Positions 9,570 through 18,809 of a stretch of 64,000 bases of DNA are shown here, piece by piece. The translations under genes were made by a program, and so were the position numbers. Position 1 is the first letter of the stretch. Each line of letters starts with the position of its first letter. The stretch comes from an uncultured candidate division Zixibacteria bacterium (GTDB lineage: Bacteria; Zixibacteria; MSB-5A5; GN15; FEB-12), in assembly GCA_963664195.1 (NCBI GenBank), contig OY760907.1, positions 1,312,001 through 1,376,000 on the forward strand. The letters run 5' to 3'. The notes beneath the pieces are model-generated. The model saw only the letters and a program-made list of their open reading frames with translations, did not search any database and was not told the origin of the DNA.

Positions 9570-10625
9570 CTACTCCATGTCATCTATCTTCTGTGCGATA
9601 TCCCGGAATGTCTTTACCTGGAACTCATCCCCGTCTTCCGCAACCGGCTTGCCGGAATCAGCACCCTCGCGGATCGACGTCATCAACGGAATCTCGCCAA
9701 GCATGTCCACACCAAGTCGCCCGGCCAGATCTTTGCCGCCGTCCTTGCCGAAAATATAGTCGCGCTGACCATCGTGATCATAGTAGGCCATGTTTTCAAC
9801 CACACCGATCACCTTCATCTTCGTACGTTCCGCCAATTTGGCCACGCGACCTGCCACATGTGTAGCGGTTGCCTGCGGCGTTGTGATGACCAACAACTCC
9901 GCTGTCGGAATAGCCTGTGCGATTGTCAACGTCACGTCACCGGTGCCCGGGGGAAGATCCAGAAATAGATAATCAAGGTCATCCCACATCACATCGGAGA
10001 TGAACTGGTTAATCGCTTTGTGAAGCAAAGGTCCGCGCCAGATAACGGGTTCATCCTCCTTAACGAAAAAACCCATCGACACGACCTGAAGGTTGTCCCC
10101 GCGGCGAAGCGGCACGAGCTTGTCGTCGATACCGGTCGGTTCGCCGGATACACCAAGCATGCGCGGAATGGAGAATCCGTAGACATCAGCATCGAGCAGA
10201 CCGACCTTCTTTCCCATTTTGGCCAACGCAACGGCGAGGTTTGTGGTTACGGTGGACTTACCCACACCGCCCTTACCGGATGAAACAGCGATGAAACGTT
10301 TGGCAAAATCAGCCGAGCGAGGCTCCGCACCTGGAGCACTGCTCATGCCCAGTTTCTCCTTGAGCTTGTTGCGCTGCTCATCAGTCATAACGTCGAACTC
10401 GACTTTGACTATCTGGACACCCTCGATCGCACGCACACCGTTGACAATGTCGTCGGTGATGCGCTTCTTCAGCGGACAACCCGGAACGGTCAGGGTGATT
10501 GCTACTGTCACCGTGCCACCGTCGATTTCCACAGACTTAACCATGTCAAGCTCGGTGAACGGCTTGCCCAGCTCGGGGTCGTTGATCCCGCCAAGGACTT
10601 TCATTACGGCATCTTTTGTAACCAT
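9570..10625 (-). CDS. mrp: Mrp/NBP35 (ApbC) family P-loop ATPase with N-terminal DUF59-like domain
   Basis: DPELG...LTVPGCP N-terminal domain; SSGKGGVGKST, DADVYGFSIP, WRGP, DLPPGTGD, VVENM. Confidence 0.93.
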   Translation of the reverse strand: MVTKDAVMKVLGGINDPELGKPFTELDMVKSVEIDGGTVTVAITLTVPGCPLKKRITDDIVNGVRAIEGVQIVKVEFDVMTDEQRNKLKEKLGMSSAPGAEPRSADFAKRFIAVSSGKGGVGKSTVTTNLAVALAKMGKKVGLLDADVYGFSIPRMLGVSGEPTGIDDKLVPLRRGDNLQVVSMGFFVKEDEPVIWRGPLLHKAINQFISDVMWDDLDYLFLDLPPGTGDVTLTIAQAIPTAELLVITTPQATATHVAGRVAKLAERTKMKVIGVVENMAYYDHDGQRDYIFGKDGGKDLAGRLGVDMLGEIPLMTSIREGADSGKPVAEDGDEFQVKTFRDIAQKIDDME

Positions 10626-10774
10626 ATATTACCTCTGGCCCACAGGCCTGATAAGCGTCATAAAACTCTCTTGCTGCAACCATGATAGCACAGCGCAAGC
10701 AATATACAAGATGCAGAGGAAATGAAAAGCGGTTTTATGGGAGTCTCCGAGAGTGTCCGTCGAGCGTCAACTGC

Positions 10775-11326
10775 TTACGGTTCCGTCGTTTCGGGCAATT
10801 CGCCCGTACTCGAATCATCACTCGATTGGTCGTGTTTCTGGAAGAAAAAGACATACACAATCATAAACACAATCGCACAACTGATAGCCGCATCGGCGAC
10901 ATTGAATATCCAGAATCGTTCGAGCTTGTATCCCATTATGTCGACGTCCCAGAAATCCACATCAATGAAGTCGACAACCTGTCCGATATTGATACGATCT
11001 ATGAGGTTACCGAGTGCACCACCCGCTATGAACGACAGGGGCAGCGCAATAACCCGATGATCGCGATTTCGATAGATAAACAGCAGCAAAAACGGGAGAA
11101 CCAGAAGCGCCATCACGAGATAATATGTCGAGGACCCGAGCTGGGTGCCCATCGCCCCCCCCTGATTGTACACGAGAGTGAATCGGAGGAAATCTCCGAG
11201 AACCCGCAGAGAGGGTTGGTTGGTCAGTGATTCGACCGCCCACATCTTGGTAATCTGATCTGCCGCGACAACCGCTAACACGATCACGAACGGCCATATC
11301 AACAGTTTAAGATTTTTCGCGGCCAG
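10775..11326 (-). CDS. lspA: Lipoprotein signal peptidase II (start uncertain: CTG 11326 or TTG 11302)
   Basis: DQITK, NQGGA, GGALGNLIDR, VVDFID, FNVAD. Confidence 0.95.
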   Translation of the reverse strand: MAAKNLKLLIWPFVIVLAVVAADQITKMWAVESLTNQPSLRVLGDFLRFTLVYNQGGAMGTQLGSSTYYLVMALLVLPFLLLFIYRNRDHRVIALPLSFIAGGALGNLIDRINIGQVVDFIDVDFWDVDIMGYKLERFWIFNVADAAISCAIVFMIVYVFFFQKHDQSSDDSSTGELPETTEP

Positions 11327-11696
11327 CCTTCTTTTCCTCTTCCTCAGACTTACACTGAATGCACAGGCGGGCATGTGGTACAGCTTTCAGGCGCGGGCGC
11401 TGAATCTGTTTGCCACAGGAATGGCATTTTCCATAAGTGCCGGCCTCGATTCGACGCAAGGCTTCTTCGATGTGGTAAACCAGCCGCTCGGACTTGGAAG
11501 AAAACGCGAACGCCATTTCCCGTTCCATATTGTCCGTGCCCTGATCAGCCATGTGATAGGAGTAGTGGGATAGGTCCCCGGTGGCGTCCTTGATCGTGCT
11601 ACCGTGCCTTTCGCTGATGACTCCCATCTCCTTGAGCAATTCGACTCTCTTATCTAAGAGCAGCTTTTCGAACTTTTTCAGATCTTCCTGCTTCAT
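11307..11696 (-). CDS. dksA: TraR/DksA C4-type zinc finger protein
   Basis: HMADQGTD coiled-coil tip; ALRRIEAGTYGKCHSCG...RLKAVPHARLCIQC. Confidence 0.9.
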   Translation of the reverse strand: MKQEDLKKFEKLLLDKRVELLKEMGVISERHGSTIKDATGDLSHYSYHMADQGTDNMEREMAFAFSSKSERLVYHIEEALRRIEAGTYGKCHSCGKQIQRPRLKAVPHARLCIQCKSEEEEKKAGREKS

Positions 11697-11709
11697 CTCG
11701 GTCTCCCGT

Positions 11710-14700
11710 TCAGACCTTATATACTGCGATTGCCGTTTTTTCTCCGTTAATGTCCCAATCTGTCAAGCCGTCCAGACCCGTCTCTATGAACTCCAGGGAC
11801 TCCGCAAGGGTTTCATTACACACAAACTCTTCGTGTGCCGACACAGCCGCTTGGAGCTTTTCGGTCGCCAGCACTTTGATAGTGATTTTGTCGGTCACTT
11901 CAAGCCCGGAGGTCTTACGCACGTTCTGGATCTTGTTTACCAGCTCCCGTGCAAATCCCTCAGCGATAAGCTCTTCGGTCAATATGGTGACCAATGCAAG
12001 CGCCACCGGACCATCGGACTCAACGGCTACACCCTCGTTTTCGTTACGGATGATCTCTACTTCTTCTGTCGTCAAAACAACGTCGGAACCAAGCGGTTCG
12101 ATCACCAATTCGCCCGATTCGGCAAACTTTTTGGCCTGCTCGCCGGTCAACTGATTCACAAACGCCGCCGCTTGTTTGACGTTGCCGCCGAGTTTTGGAC
12201 CGGCTGCCTTGAAATTCAACTTGGCGCCGTATGTGATGTATTCATCGAGACTGTCCGCCGACAGGATCTCTTTGACGTTCAACTCTTTGAGGATAATATC
12301 CTGATACGCAAGGAGGTCATCGAATTCCACATTTACCGGCAGAGTGACCATGATTTTCGATAGCGGCTGACGGACTTTGAGGTTCATCCTCGTTCGTGCC
12401 GCCCGACCCAGAGAGACCAGCTTCTCAACCAACCCCATGGTCTCTTCGAGATTGATGTCGATCAACGATTCGTCCGCTTTCGGGAAATCGGTCATGTGAA
12501 CCGACAATGGTGCTCCATTCAATCCGGCCTTACCGGACATCAGTTCCTGCCAGATCAACTCCGAAATCATCGGACTGACCGGAGCCGCAAGGCGACAAAC
12601 ACCCTCAAGCATCTGGTGCAGAGTCAAGTAGGCACGCATTTTTGACGGGTCGTCACCCTTCGCCCAGAACCGGCGACGGTTATTCCTCACGTACCAGTTC
12701 GACAGCTCCTCGATCACGAAATGCTGAATCGCCCGCACTGGTTTGGTCAGTTCGTAGGCGTCGAAGCCTTTGGTGACTTCTTTTGCCAGTGAGTTGAATC
12801 GCGACACGATCCATTTGTCAAACGTATCAGGTTCACCCGCTTTGCTTTCGAGGAATTCCTTGACGGTCATTTCGCCTTTAGATGCCCGCTCCACTACCTT
12901 ATCGATATTGGCGTACATCGCAAAAAACGAATAGGTGTTGCGGAGCGTATCAAAATACTTGCGGATGACTTCCTGCAAACCGGCCATGTCAAATTTCGTC
13001 GGCAACCAGGGGTTCGAGGTCGACACGAGGTACCAGCGCACGGGATCTGCCCCGTACTTGTCGATAGTCTTGAACGGATCGACCACATTCCCCTTATGCT
13101 TGGACATCTTTTTGCCTTCTTTGTCCAGGATAAACTCAAGGACGATCACGTTCTTGAACGGCTCCTTGTCGAACATCATGGTCGAAATCGCCAGCAAAGA
13201 ATAGAACCAGCCACGGGTTTGGTCGACCGCTTCAGAGATGAAGTCCGCCGGGTACTTGGTATCGAAAACGTCTTTGTTCTCAAAAGGATAGTGCCACTGA
13301 GCGTACGGCATCGCGCCCGAGTCAAACCAGACATCGATAAGCTCCGGCACACGCGTCATCGTACTGCCGCACTCGCAAGTCAGTTTGACGTTGTCCACCA
13401 TCGGCTTATGCAGGTCAACATCGGGAGGAACGTCGATTCCTTCTTTGCGAAGCTGCTCGATTGATCCGACCGCCCGTTTTTTGCCGCACTTGTCATCGTC
13501 ACAGATCCAGATCGGAAGCGGCGTGCCCCAGAACCGTTCGCGGGAGATCGCCCAATCGACATTATTCTCCAGCCAGTTGAGCATGCGACCGGTACGGATT
13601 TCGTCCGGGTGCCAGTTGATCGCGTTGTTGTTTTTGATCAACTGATCGCGGAACTGTGTGGTCTTGATATACCAGGACTCACGAGCAATGTAGATCAGCG
13701 GCGAATCGCAACGCCAACAGAACGGGTAGTTGTGCTCGTACTTCTCCTTTTTGAACATCTTGCGGGCCGCTTTGAGATCGATGATGATCTGCGGGTCGGC
13801 ATCCTTGATGAACATACCGGCGTATTTACCGCCAACTTCCTTGAACAGACCGTTGGGCGTGATCGCCTGGAGAACCGGAAGGCCGTATTTCTGACCGACC
13901 TCATAATCGTCCGCACCAAACCCGGGAGCAACATGAACAATACCGGTGCCATCGTCGAGCGTAACAAAATCGCCGGTGATGACATAGAAGGCTTTGTCGT
14001 CGTATTCTTTGTAGAAGTCGAAGAGCGGCTCGTACTTACGCTTGACGTACTCACTCCCTTTTTTGCGATCGAGGATTTCGACATCATCGCCGAACAGCTT
14101 CGGAACCAACGCCTCGGCGAGGACGAGTTTTTCATCCTCATGCTCGATCATCACGTAATCCGCGTCCGCTTTCATGCAGAGAGCAGCATTCGAGGGGAGC
14201 GTCCAGGGGGTCGTGGTCCAGACGAGATAGCTGAAATCAGCGTCGGCAGCTTTCATCTTGACAAAAATCGACGGGTCTTTCACCATCGAATAGCCCTGCG
14301 CTACCTCGTGGGAGGACAGCCCTGTCCCACAGCGCGGGCAGAACGGGACGGTCTTATAGCCCTTATAGATGAGATCACGGTCGAACAGATTCTTGAGAAT
14401 GTGCCAAACCGATTCAACATAATCGTTGGTCAGCGTGATATAAGCGTCGTCGAGATCGAGCCAGTATCCGATCCGACGGGTGATATCGTTCCATTCTTTG
14501 AGGTACTTGAAAACCGATTCGCGGCATTTCTGGTTGAAGTTTTCGACGCCGTACTCGACAACTCTGGCTTTGGATTCGAGTTTGAGTTGTTTTTCGACTT
14601 CGATTTCAACCGGGAGCCCGTGGGTATCCCAGCCGGCTTTGCGGTCCACGCGGAACCCCTGCATGGCCTTATATCGACAGACTAAGTCTTTGACAGTGCG

Positions 14701-14883
14701 CGAGATAACGTGATGGATGCCGGGCCGACCGTTGGCCGTCGGGGGGCCTTCGTAGAAGACAAAATGCGGGCGATCTTTGGCGGCTTCGGCGGCTTTGTGG
14801 AAGACGTCGTTTTCATCCCAGAACGCCAGGACTTTTTCTTCGGCTTTTGGCAGCGAGAAAGATTCTTTAAGTGGGTCAAACAT
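11710..14883 (-). CDS. ileS: Isoleucine--tRNA ligase, type 2 (IleRS2)
   Basis: EGPPTANGRPGIHH, GWDTHGLPVE, WTTTPWTLPSN, GTGIVH, DQTRGWFY, KMSKH; C-terminal EGFARELVNKIQ typical of IleRS2. Confidence 0.98.
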   Translation of the reverse strand: MFDPLKESFSLPKAEEKVLAFWDENDVFHKAAEAAKDRPHFVFYEGPPTANGRPGIHHVISRTVKDLVCRYKAMQGFRVDRKAGWDTHGLPVEIEVEKQLKLESKARVVEYGVENFNQKCRESVFKYLKEWNDITRRIGYWLDLDDAYITLTNDYVESVWHILKNLFDRDLIYKGYKTVPFCPRCGTGLSSHEVAQGYSMVKDPSIFVKMKAADADFSYLVWTTTPWTLPSNAALCMKADADYVMIEHEDEKLVLAEALVPKLFGDDVEILDRKKGSEYVKRKYEPLFDFYKEYDDKAFYVITGDFVTLDDGTGIVHVAPGFGADDYEVGQKYGLPVLQAITPNGLFKEVGGKYAGMFIKDADPQIIIDLKAARKMFKKEKYEHNYPFCWRCDSPLIYIARESWYIKTTQFRDQLIKNNNAINWHPDEIRTGRMLNWLENNVDWAISRERFWGTPLPIWICDDDKCGKKRAVGSIEQLRKEGIDVPPDVDLHKPMVDNVKLTCECGSTMTRVPELIDVWFDSGAMPYAQWHYPFENKDVFDTKYPADFISEAVDQTRGWFYSLLAISTMMFDKEPFKNVIVLEFILDKEGKKMSKHKGNVVDPFKTIDKYGADPVRWYLVSTSNPWLPTKFDMAGLQEVIRKYFDTLRNTYSFFAMYANIDKVVERASKGEMTVKEFLESKAGEPDTFDKWIVSRFNSLAKEVTKGFDAYELTKPVRAIQHFVIEELSNWYVRNNRRRFWAKGDDPSKMRAYLTLHQMLEGVCRLAAPVSPMISELIWQELMSGKAGLNGAPLSVHMTDFPKADESLIDINLEETMGLVEKLVSLGRAARTRMNLKVRQPLSKIMVTLPVNVEFDDLLAYQDIILKELNVKEILSADSLDEYITYGAKLNFKAAGPKLGGNVKQAAAFVNQLTGEQAKKFAESGELVIEPLGSDVVLTTEEVEIIRNENEGVAVESDGPVALALVTILTEELIAEGFARELVNKIQNVRKTSGLEVTDKITIKVLATEKLQAAVSAHEEFVCNETLAESLEFIETGLDGLTDWDINGEKTAIAVYKV

Positions 14884-14911
14884 TATAATATCCAATCGTG
14901 TATAGCCGCCT

Positions 14912-14940
14912 AATTTAGCCGAATATTGAGCCATTTGCAA
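14912..14940 (-). promoter_or_regulatory. Sigma70-type promoter of ileS (TTGCAA-N17-TAAATT)
   Basis: Consensus-like hexamers with a 17-nt spacer; leader about 22 nt. Confidence 0.55.
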
Positions 14941-15043
14941 AGAGTTTTTGGGCGGCGTAGCCGCTTAGCTTTCCTCGCAGGGGCTTTCATGTTGTACGGG
15001 AGGAGGAAGAATGGGAGGGGATTACGGATTGTACTGTCGTTTT

Positions 15044-15393
15044 GTGGCCCACCCGTGCCTCGGGTGGGATATAAGTCGGAACCAGCTCTTGTTGGTCAGC
15101 CCCGTCTTCGGGACTGACATCTTATGTGCAGTGGAAACCAGTCAAGTCACCCAGCCAAACGAGACGGTAAAACCAATCGAGTCACCCTGAGCCTGTCGAA
15201 GGGTGCGCTACTCGATTGTTCTTGCCTTGGTGCCGCACTGCTTGCGCCCGCGCGCCGGGGCGTGGTGAGATTCAGATTCTCCCACCCGACGCATCGCCAC
15301 GAGTGGCATCGCTTCGCTCGCTCTGGGCGGGGTACCGAAGAGGAATGACTCCCCCTAAGCTCTTGTAGGGCGGATCCGTCTTCAAATCCGCCA
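15044..15393. repeat. Mosaic cluster of REP-like palindromes (family A 15044-15068, B' 15091-15118, C 15181-15205, H ~15296-15310, B 15364-15393)
   Basis: Short hairpins, several preceded by GTGG/GTTG/GTAG; A, B, C and H recur elsewhere in the window. Confidence 0.8.
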
Positions 15394-15423
15394 CGACGAC
15401 CCCTACGCCGCCTCGTCCTAGCT

Positions 15424-16956
15424 CTACCTGATGATCTCCATAAACTCCGGGTCGTTACGGTATACGTCGAACGTCTGGTCTCTTGCAGCCAAGGGCTTGC
15501 AGAATGCGGGGTCTCCGGCGATTGCCGTTCTCAATGCCGTCAGCATAGTCGCCCTGTCGCCGGTTTTTGCGGCCAGGCGGGCGAGAGATATATTGTAGAG
15601 GGGGGCCCCAGGCACCAGATTGACGGCCTGCAGAATCTTTTCCTTGGCGTCGGCAAGAAGCTTCCTGTTCCCCGTTTTCTCAGCTCTCATCTCGAGTACC
15701 GCACTCCATTGTAGGAACATAAGGTGGCCGGTCGGATCCAGCTCGGTTGCATGACCGTACTTCTCGCAGGCCTCCTCCAACAAAGCAAGTTCGCCCTTTG
15801 CACCGTATAACTCCCCTAGAGTCAATCCCCAGCTGTAGTAAGCGGAAGCAGATTGGGCCCCTTTTGCCACCGCTCGCTCGAAATTAGCGCAGGATCTTTC
15901 CAGCCAAACCGGGTTGTTTGTGGCGAGGTACATCTGCCCCTGCGCGACTCCCCAGTTGTAGAACCCATCGTGGAAGTCCGGGAATAGTCGAGTCACCGTC
16001 TCGTATTTGTTAAAAGCCTCTCGAAGATACGATGTATCCTGTGTGAGCTCGAACATCTGCCCGCGGTTTCCCGCCCAGTTGTAGTAGGCGTAACAGGTTC
16101 CGGGATCTATCTCTACCGCCCGCCGATACTTTTCCTCTGCCCGGGTTAGCCAGACCGTTTCGCGCGTCGCCCTGAACATCTCGTCGAGAAGCAGGCCCCA
16201 GTTGGTGAGCATCTCCGCATTGTCGGAGTCGATACTGCACGCCTGTTTGATGTATTCAATTGCTTCCTTGAGATACGTTGAGTTACCTGTCACCAGATAT
16301 TTGCTGTGAAGGACTTCGCTCAGACCGTTGTGTATGTTGACATCCCCCGGCTCGATTTCAAGTGCCTTCTGAAAATTCTCCAAAGCCATGTCCAACCACG
16401 CAGCGTCGCCTATGGCGAGAAACGCCCGGTGTTGCGCAGTCCCCCAATTGCTCCAGGCTTCGTGGTTGTCGGGATCCAACATGGTCGCCTTCTTGCACAT
16501 TGCTTCTGCGTTCACCAGCCAGACCATTTCGCCAGTATAGTCGTACATCAGTCCGAGGGCAACGCCCCAATTGTAGTAAGGGAGTGCGAAGTCCGGTTTC
16601 AGCTCGGACGCTCTCTTGTACTTCTCAATAGCTATGGTCAACCAAGCCGTATCGCCGGTAGTCTCGTACCGTTCCCGGTAGCAGATTCCCCAATTGTTTA
16701 AGAGTTCGTGATCATTGGGACTTAGTTCGTCAGTCTGGCGGTACTTTTCGATAGCCCGGGTCAGCAGCGTCGTGTCGCCGGACTCCTCGTACCGCTCGAA
16801 CAAGACCAATCCCTCGTCGTGGAGGATATCGCTCTCCGTGATGGGTGTCGTCAATACGGTAGCTAACTCCGAGACAAAACCAGAAAGGACCAGAGCCAGC
16901 ACTCCGGCTATGAGCAGAGCAGCGGCAGCAAGAATAACAACGGTTGCACGTGACAT
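15424..16956 (-). CDS. Membrane-anchored TPR-like repeat protein (about ten 41-aa units)
   Basis: N-terminal hydrophobic helix; NWG motif recurring at 41-aa period; C-terminal DxxFxxYRxDPEF end-of-TPR motif. Confidence 0.85.
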   Translation of the reverse strand: MSRATVVILAAAALLIAGVLALVLSGFVSELATVLTTPITESDILHDEGLVLFERYEESGDTTLLTRAIEKYRQTDELSPNDHELLNNWGICYRERYETTGDTAWLTIAIEKYKRASELKPDFALPYYNWGVALGLMYDYTGEMVWLVNAEAMCKKATMLDPDNHEAWSNWGTAQHRAFLAIGDAAWLDMALENFQKALEIEPGDVNIHNGLSEVLHSKYLVTGNSTYLKEAIEYIKQACSIDSDNAEMLTNWGLLLDEMFRATRETVWLTRAEEKYRRAVEIDPGTCYAYYNWAGNRGQMFELTQDTSYLREAFNKYETVTRLFPDFHDGFYNWGVAQGQMYLATNNPVWLERSCANFERAVAKGAQSASAYYSWGLTLGELYGAKGELALLEEACEKYGHATELDPTGHLMFLQWSAVLEMRAEKTGNRKLLADAKEKILQAVNLVPGAPLYNISLARLAAKTGDRATMLTALRTAIAGDPAFCKPLAARDQTFDVYRNDPEFMEIIR

Positions 16957-17038
16957 AGGCAAGACCCTCCAGTCACACAATATATGTAATGTGGACTCCG
17001 AAGGCAATAGCATACTGGAGGAATACCAATCGAAGGGT

Positions 17039-17066
17039 TGCAGTCAGGTGGGGACACCTGACTGCA
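17039..17066. repeat. REP-like palindrome, family E
   Basis: TGCAGTCAGGTG-GGGA-CACCTGACTGCA, perfect 12-bp stem; GTCAGGTGGGGACAC recurs at 37609-37623. Confidence 0.75.
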
Positions 17067-17190
17067 CTTAGAGGGGGGATTCGTTCCGGCTTCCCCAGCC
17101 CCCTAAAAAGGAACTGTTGACTCGCCCCCGCCGTTGCACGTATATCAGAGTAGAGGTGCGCTCAGAAGGATGCCCGCTACGGGAGGCTAA

Positions 17191-18147
17191 ATGCTCGAAC
17201 AAGAGATAAAAGATGGTATCGCCCGGCGACTCAAAGACTCTCACCTTCGACAACTCATCGCCAAAGAAATGGCCCATCTGCTGTACGAAAAACCGCCGGA
17301 GTTTTCTTTCGACGACTACTGCCAGCTTGTGTCAAGCCTCATCATCCAGGAACTCCACGAATACCTGCTCGGCTCAATTCAACCGGCCTCGGCTGTCCCC
17401 GGTGTCCCGGAACACGAACTCAAAGACACGCCCAGTCTCGATACCGTCATCCAGAAACTGACCGCCTCGGTTGAGTTCGCCCTGCTTTCGGGCAACCTCC
17501 AGATGGTCAAGGCGCTGGGTGGTGCTATCGCGCAGCGCGACACCGGGACCTCCGAGCATAATCTTCGCGTGACGATCTACTGCACGTATCTAGCCGAGGC
17601 TCTCGATTGCACTCGCGATGAAATGCAGTCGATCATTAAAGGCGCATTCCTCCACGATCTGGGCAAGATCGGCATCTCCGACAGCATTCTGCTCAAGCCG
17701 GCAGGTCTCACTGAAGAAGAACGAAAACTGGTTCATTCGCACCCGGACAAAGGTGCCCACATCATCGACGGTGTGAAATGGCTGATCGACGCACTCCCGA
17801 CCGTAAAATACCATCACGAGCATTTCGACGGCACCGGGTATCCCGAAGGTCTCAAGGGGGAAGACATCCCGATGGGTGCGCGCATTTTTGCGGTGGTCGA
17901 CGTTTTCGACGCTCTTGCCTCGGAGCGTCCGTACAAAAAACGGATTCCGTTTGAAGCGACTATGGCGATGATGCAGGAGGGGTCCGGCAAGCATTTCGAC
18001 CCCACGGTTATGGATAAGTTTAGTGATATTGCGCTTGAGCTGTACGTCCATTTCTCCGATGCGGAGGAGACAGTGCTCAACAAGGAAGTTCACCGGCTGG
18101 TGAAGAAACATTTCGGGATTGATCTCGGCGAATTCAAATGGACGTAG
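17191..18147 (+). CDS. HD-GYP domain cyclic-dinucleotide phosphodiesterase
   Basis: HDLGKIGI, HHEHFDGTGYP, GARIFAVVDVFDAL, RPYK. Confidence 0.93.
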   Translation: MLEQEIKDGIARRLKDSHLRQLIAKEMAHLLYEKPPEFSFDDYCQLVSSLIIQELHEYLLGSIQPASAVPGVPEHELKDTPSLDTVIQKLTASVEFALLSGNLQMVKALGGAIAQRDTGTSEHNLRVTIYCTYLAEALDCTRDEMQSIIKGAFLHDLGKIGISDSILLKPAGLTEEERKLVHSHPDKGAHIIDGVKWLIDALPTVKYHHEHFDGTGYPEGLKGEDIPMGARIFAVVDVFDALASERPYKKRIPFEATMAMMQEGSGKHFDPTVMDKFSDIALELYVHFSDAEETVLNKEVHRLVKKHFGIDLGEFKWT

Positions 18148-18331
18148 GGCACTAGTGGCTTTTCTCACCAGTGGCAAACGGGCACCCCATTTCCATGAGG
18201 CGCCCGCATGCTGTCATTTCAGGCCATCAGTCATCCATGGCTGCGGCAACTCCCGAGTCACCTGCATACCGTCCCTTACCAGAGGGCATTCTAAAGACGA
18301 ACTAGCCCGGGGGGTTGTTTAATCGTACCGA

Positions 18332-18613
18332 TCAATCCGGAATCCAGATTCTGTCGGCCGTAACAAGCTCTGTCCCGGAGGGAGTCGAAATTCGATCCAC
18401 CGATTGGGAGTAGAAAATCAGGCCTTTGTACGAGGTAAGGTACTTGTTCTTCTTCTTGATGAAACCGCCGACCGCCGTTACCACCAAGGGATTCTCAGTC
18501 TTGTCCAGAATTTTCCGAAACTCCCTCGGCTCCACCCTCACGATCGCCCCCGAAGCCTTTGTTGCTCGGGCCATAGCATATGCCGCTGCTGCCGCTGCTG
18601 CGCCTCCACTCAT
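18332..18613 (-). CDS. Small hypothetical protein with poly-Ala N-terminus
   Basis: SD (GAAGGAGA) before the ATG; 93 aa ending in IWIPD. Confidence 0.75.
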   Translation of the reverse strand: MSGGAAAAAAAYAMARATKASGAIVRVEPREFRKILDKTENPLVVTAVGGFIKKKNKYLTSYKGLIFYSQSVDRISTPSGTELVTADRIWIPD

Positions 18614-18699
18614 GTTATCATCTCCTTCTCAGGATATACCTGAACGGATCCCCAATATTCAAATCGCTTCCCCACTCATTTCAGGAGCAATCGAACGAT

Positions 18700-18806
18700 G
18701 CACACTTCGACAGGCTCAGCGTGACTCGATTGCCCGTGTCGCTCTCTCACTTCTGTAGGTCGTGGTTTAGAGTTCCGCATGCCATGCGAGCGAGAAACCC
18801 GACATC
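18700..18806. repeat. REP-like cluster: family C (18701-18725, inverted) and family D (18754-18806)
   Basis: C matches 15181-15205 at 23/25; D shares TGTAGGTCGNGGTT...GAGAAACCCGACATC with 36344-36397. Confidence 0.8.
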
Positions 18807-18809
18807 TTG

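Noticed and set aside
13609..14685. 358-aa plus-strand ORF
   Set aside because: Antisense shadow of ileS with no motifs.
15044..15393. Possible CRISPR array in the palindrome clusters
   Set aside because: Units differ in sequence, spacing is irregular, and no cas genes are present.
14884..15420. Possible T-box riboswitch upstream of ileS
   Set aside because: No T-box consensus; a promoter sits ~30 nt from the start, and the hairpins are dispersed repeats.
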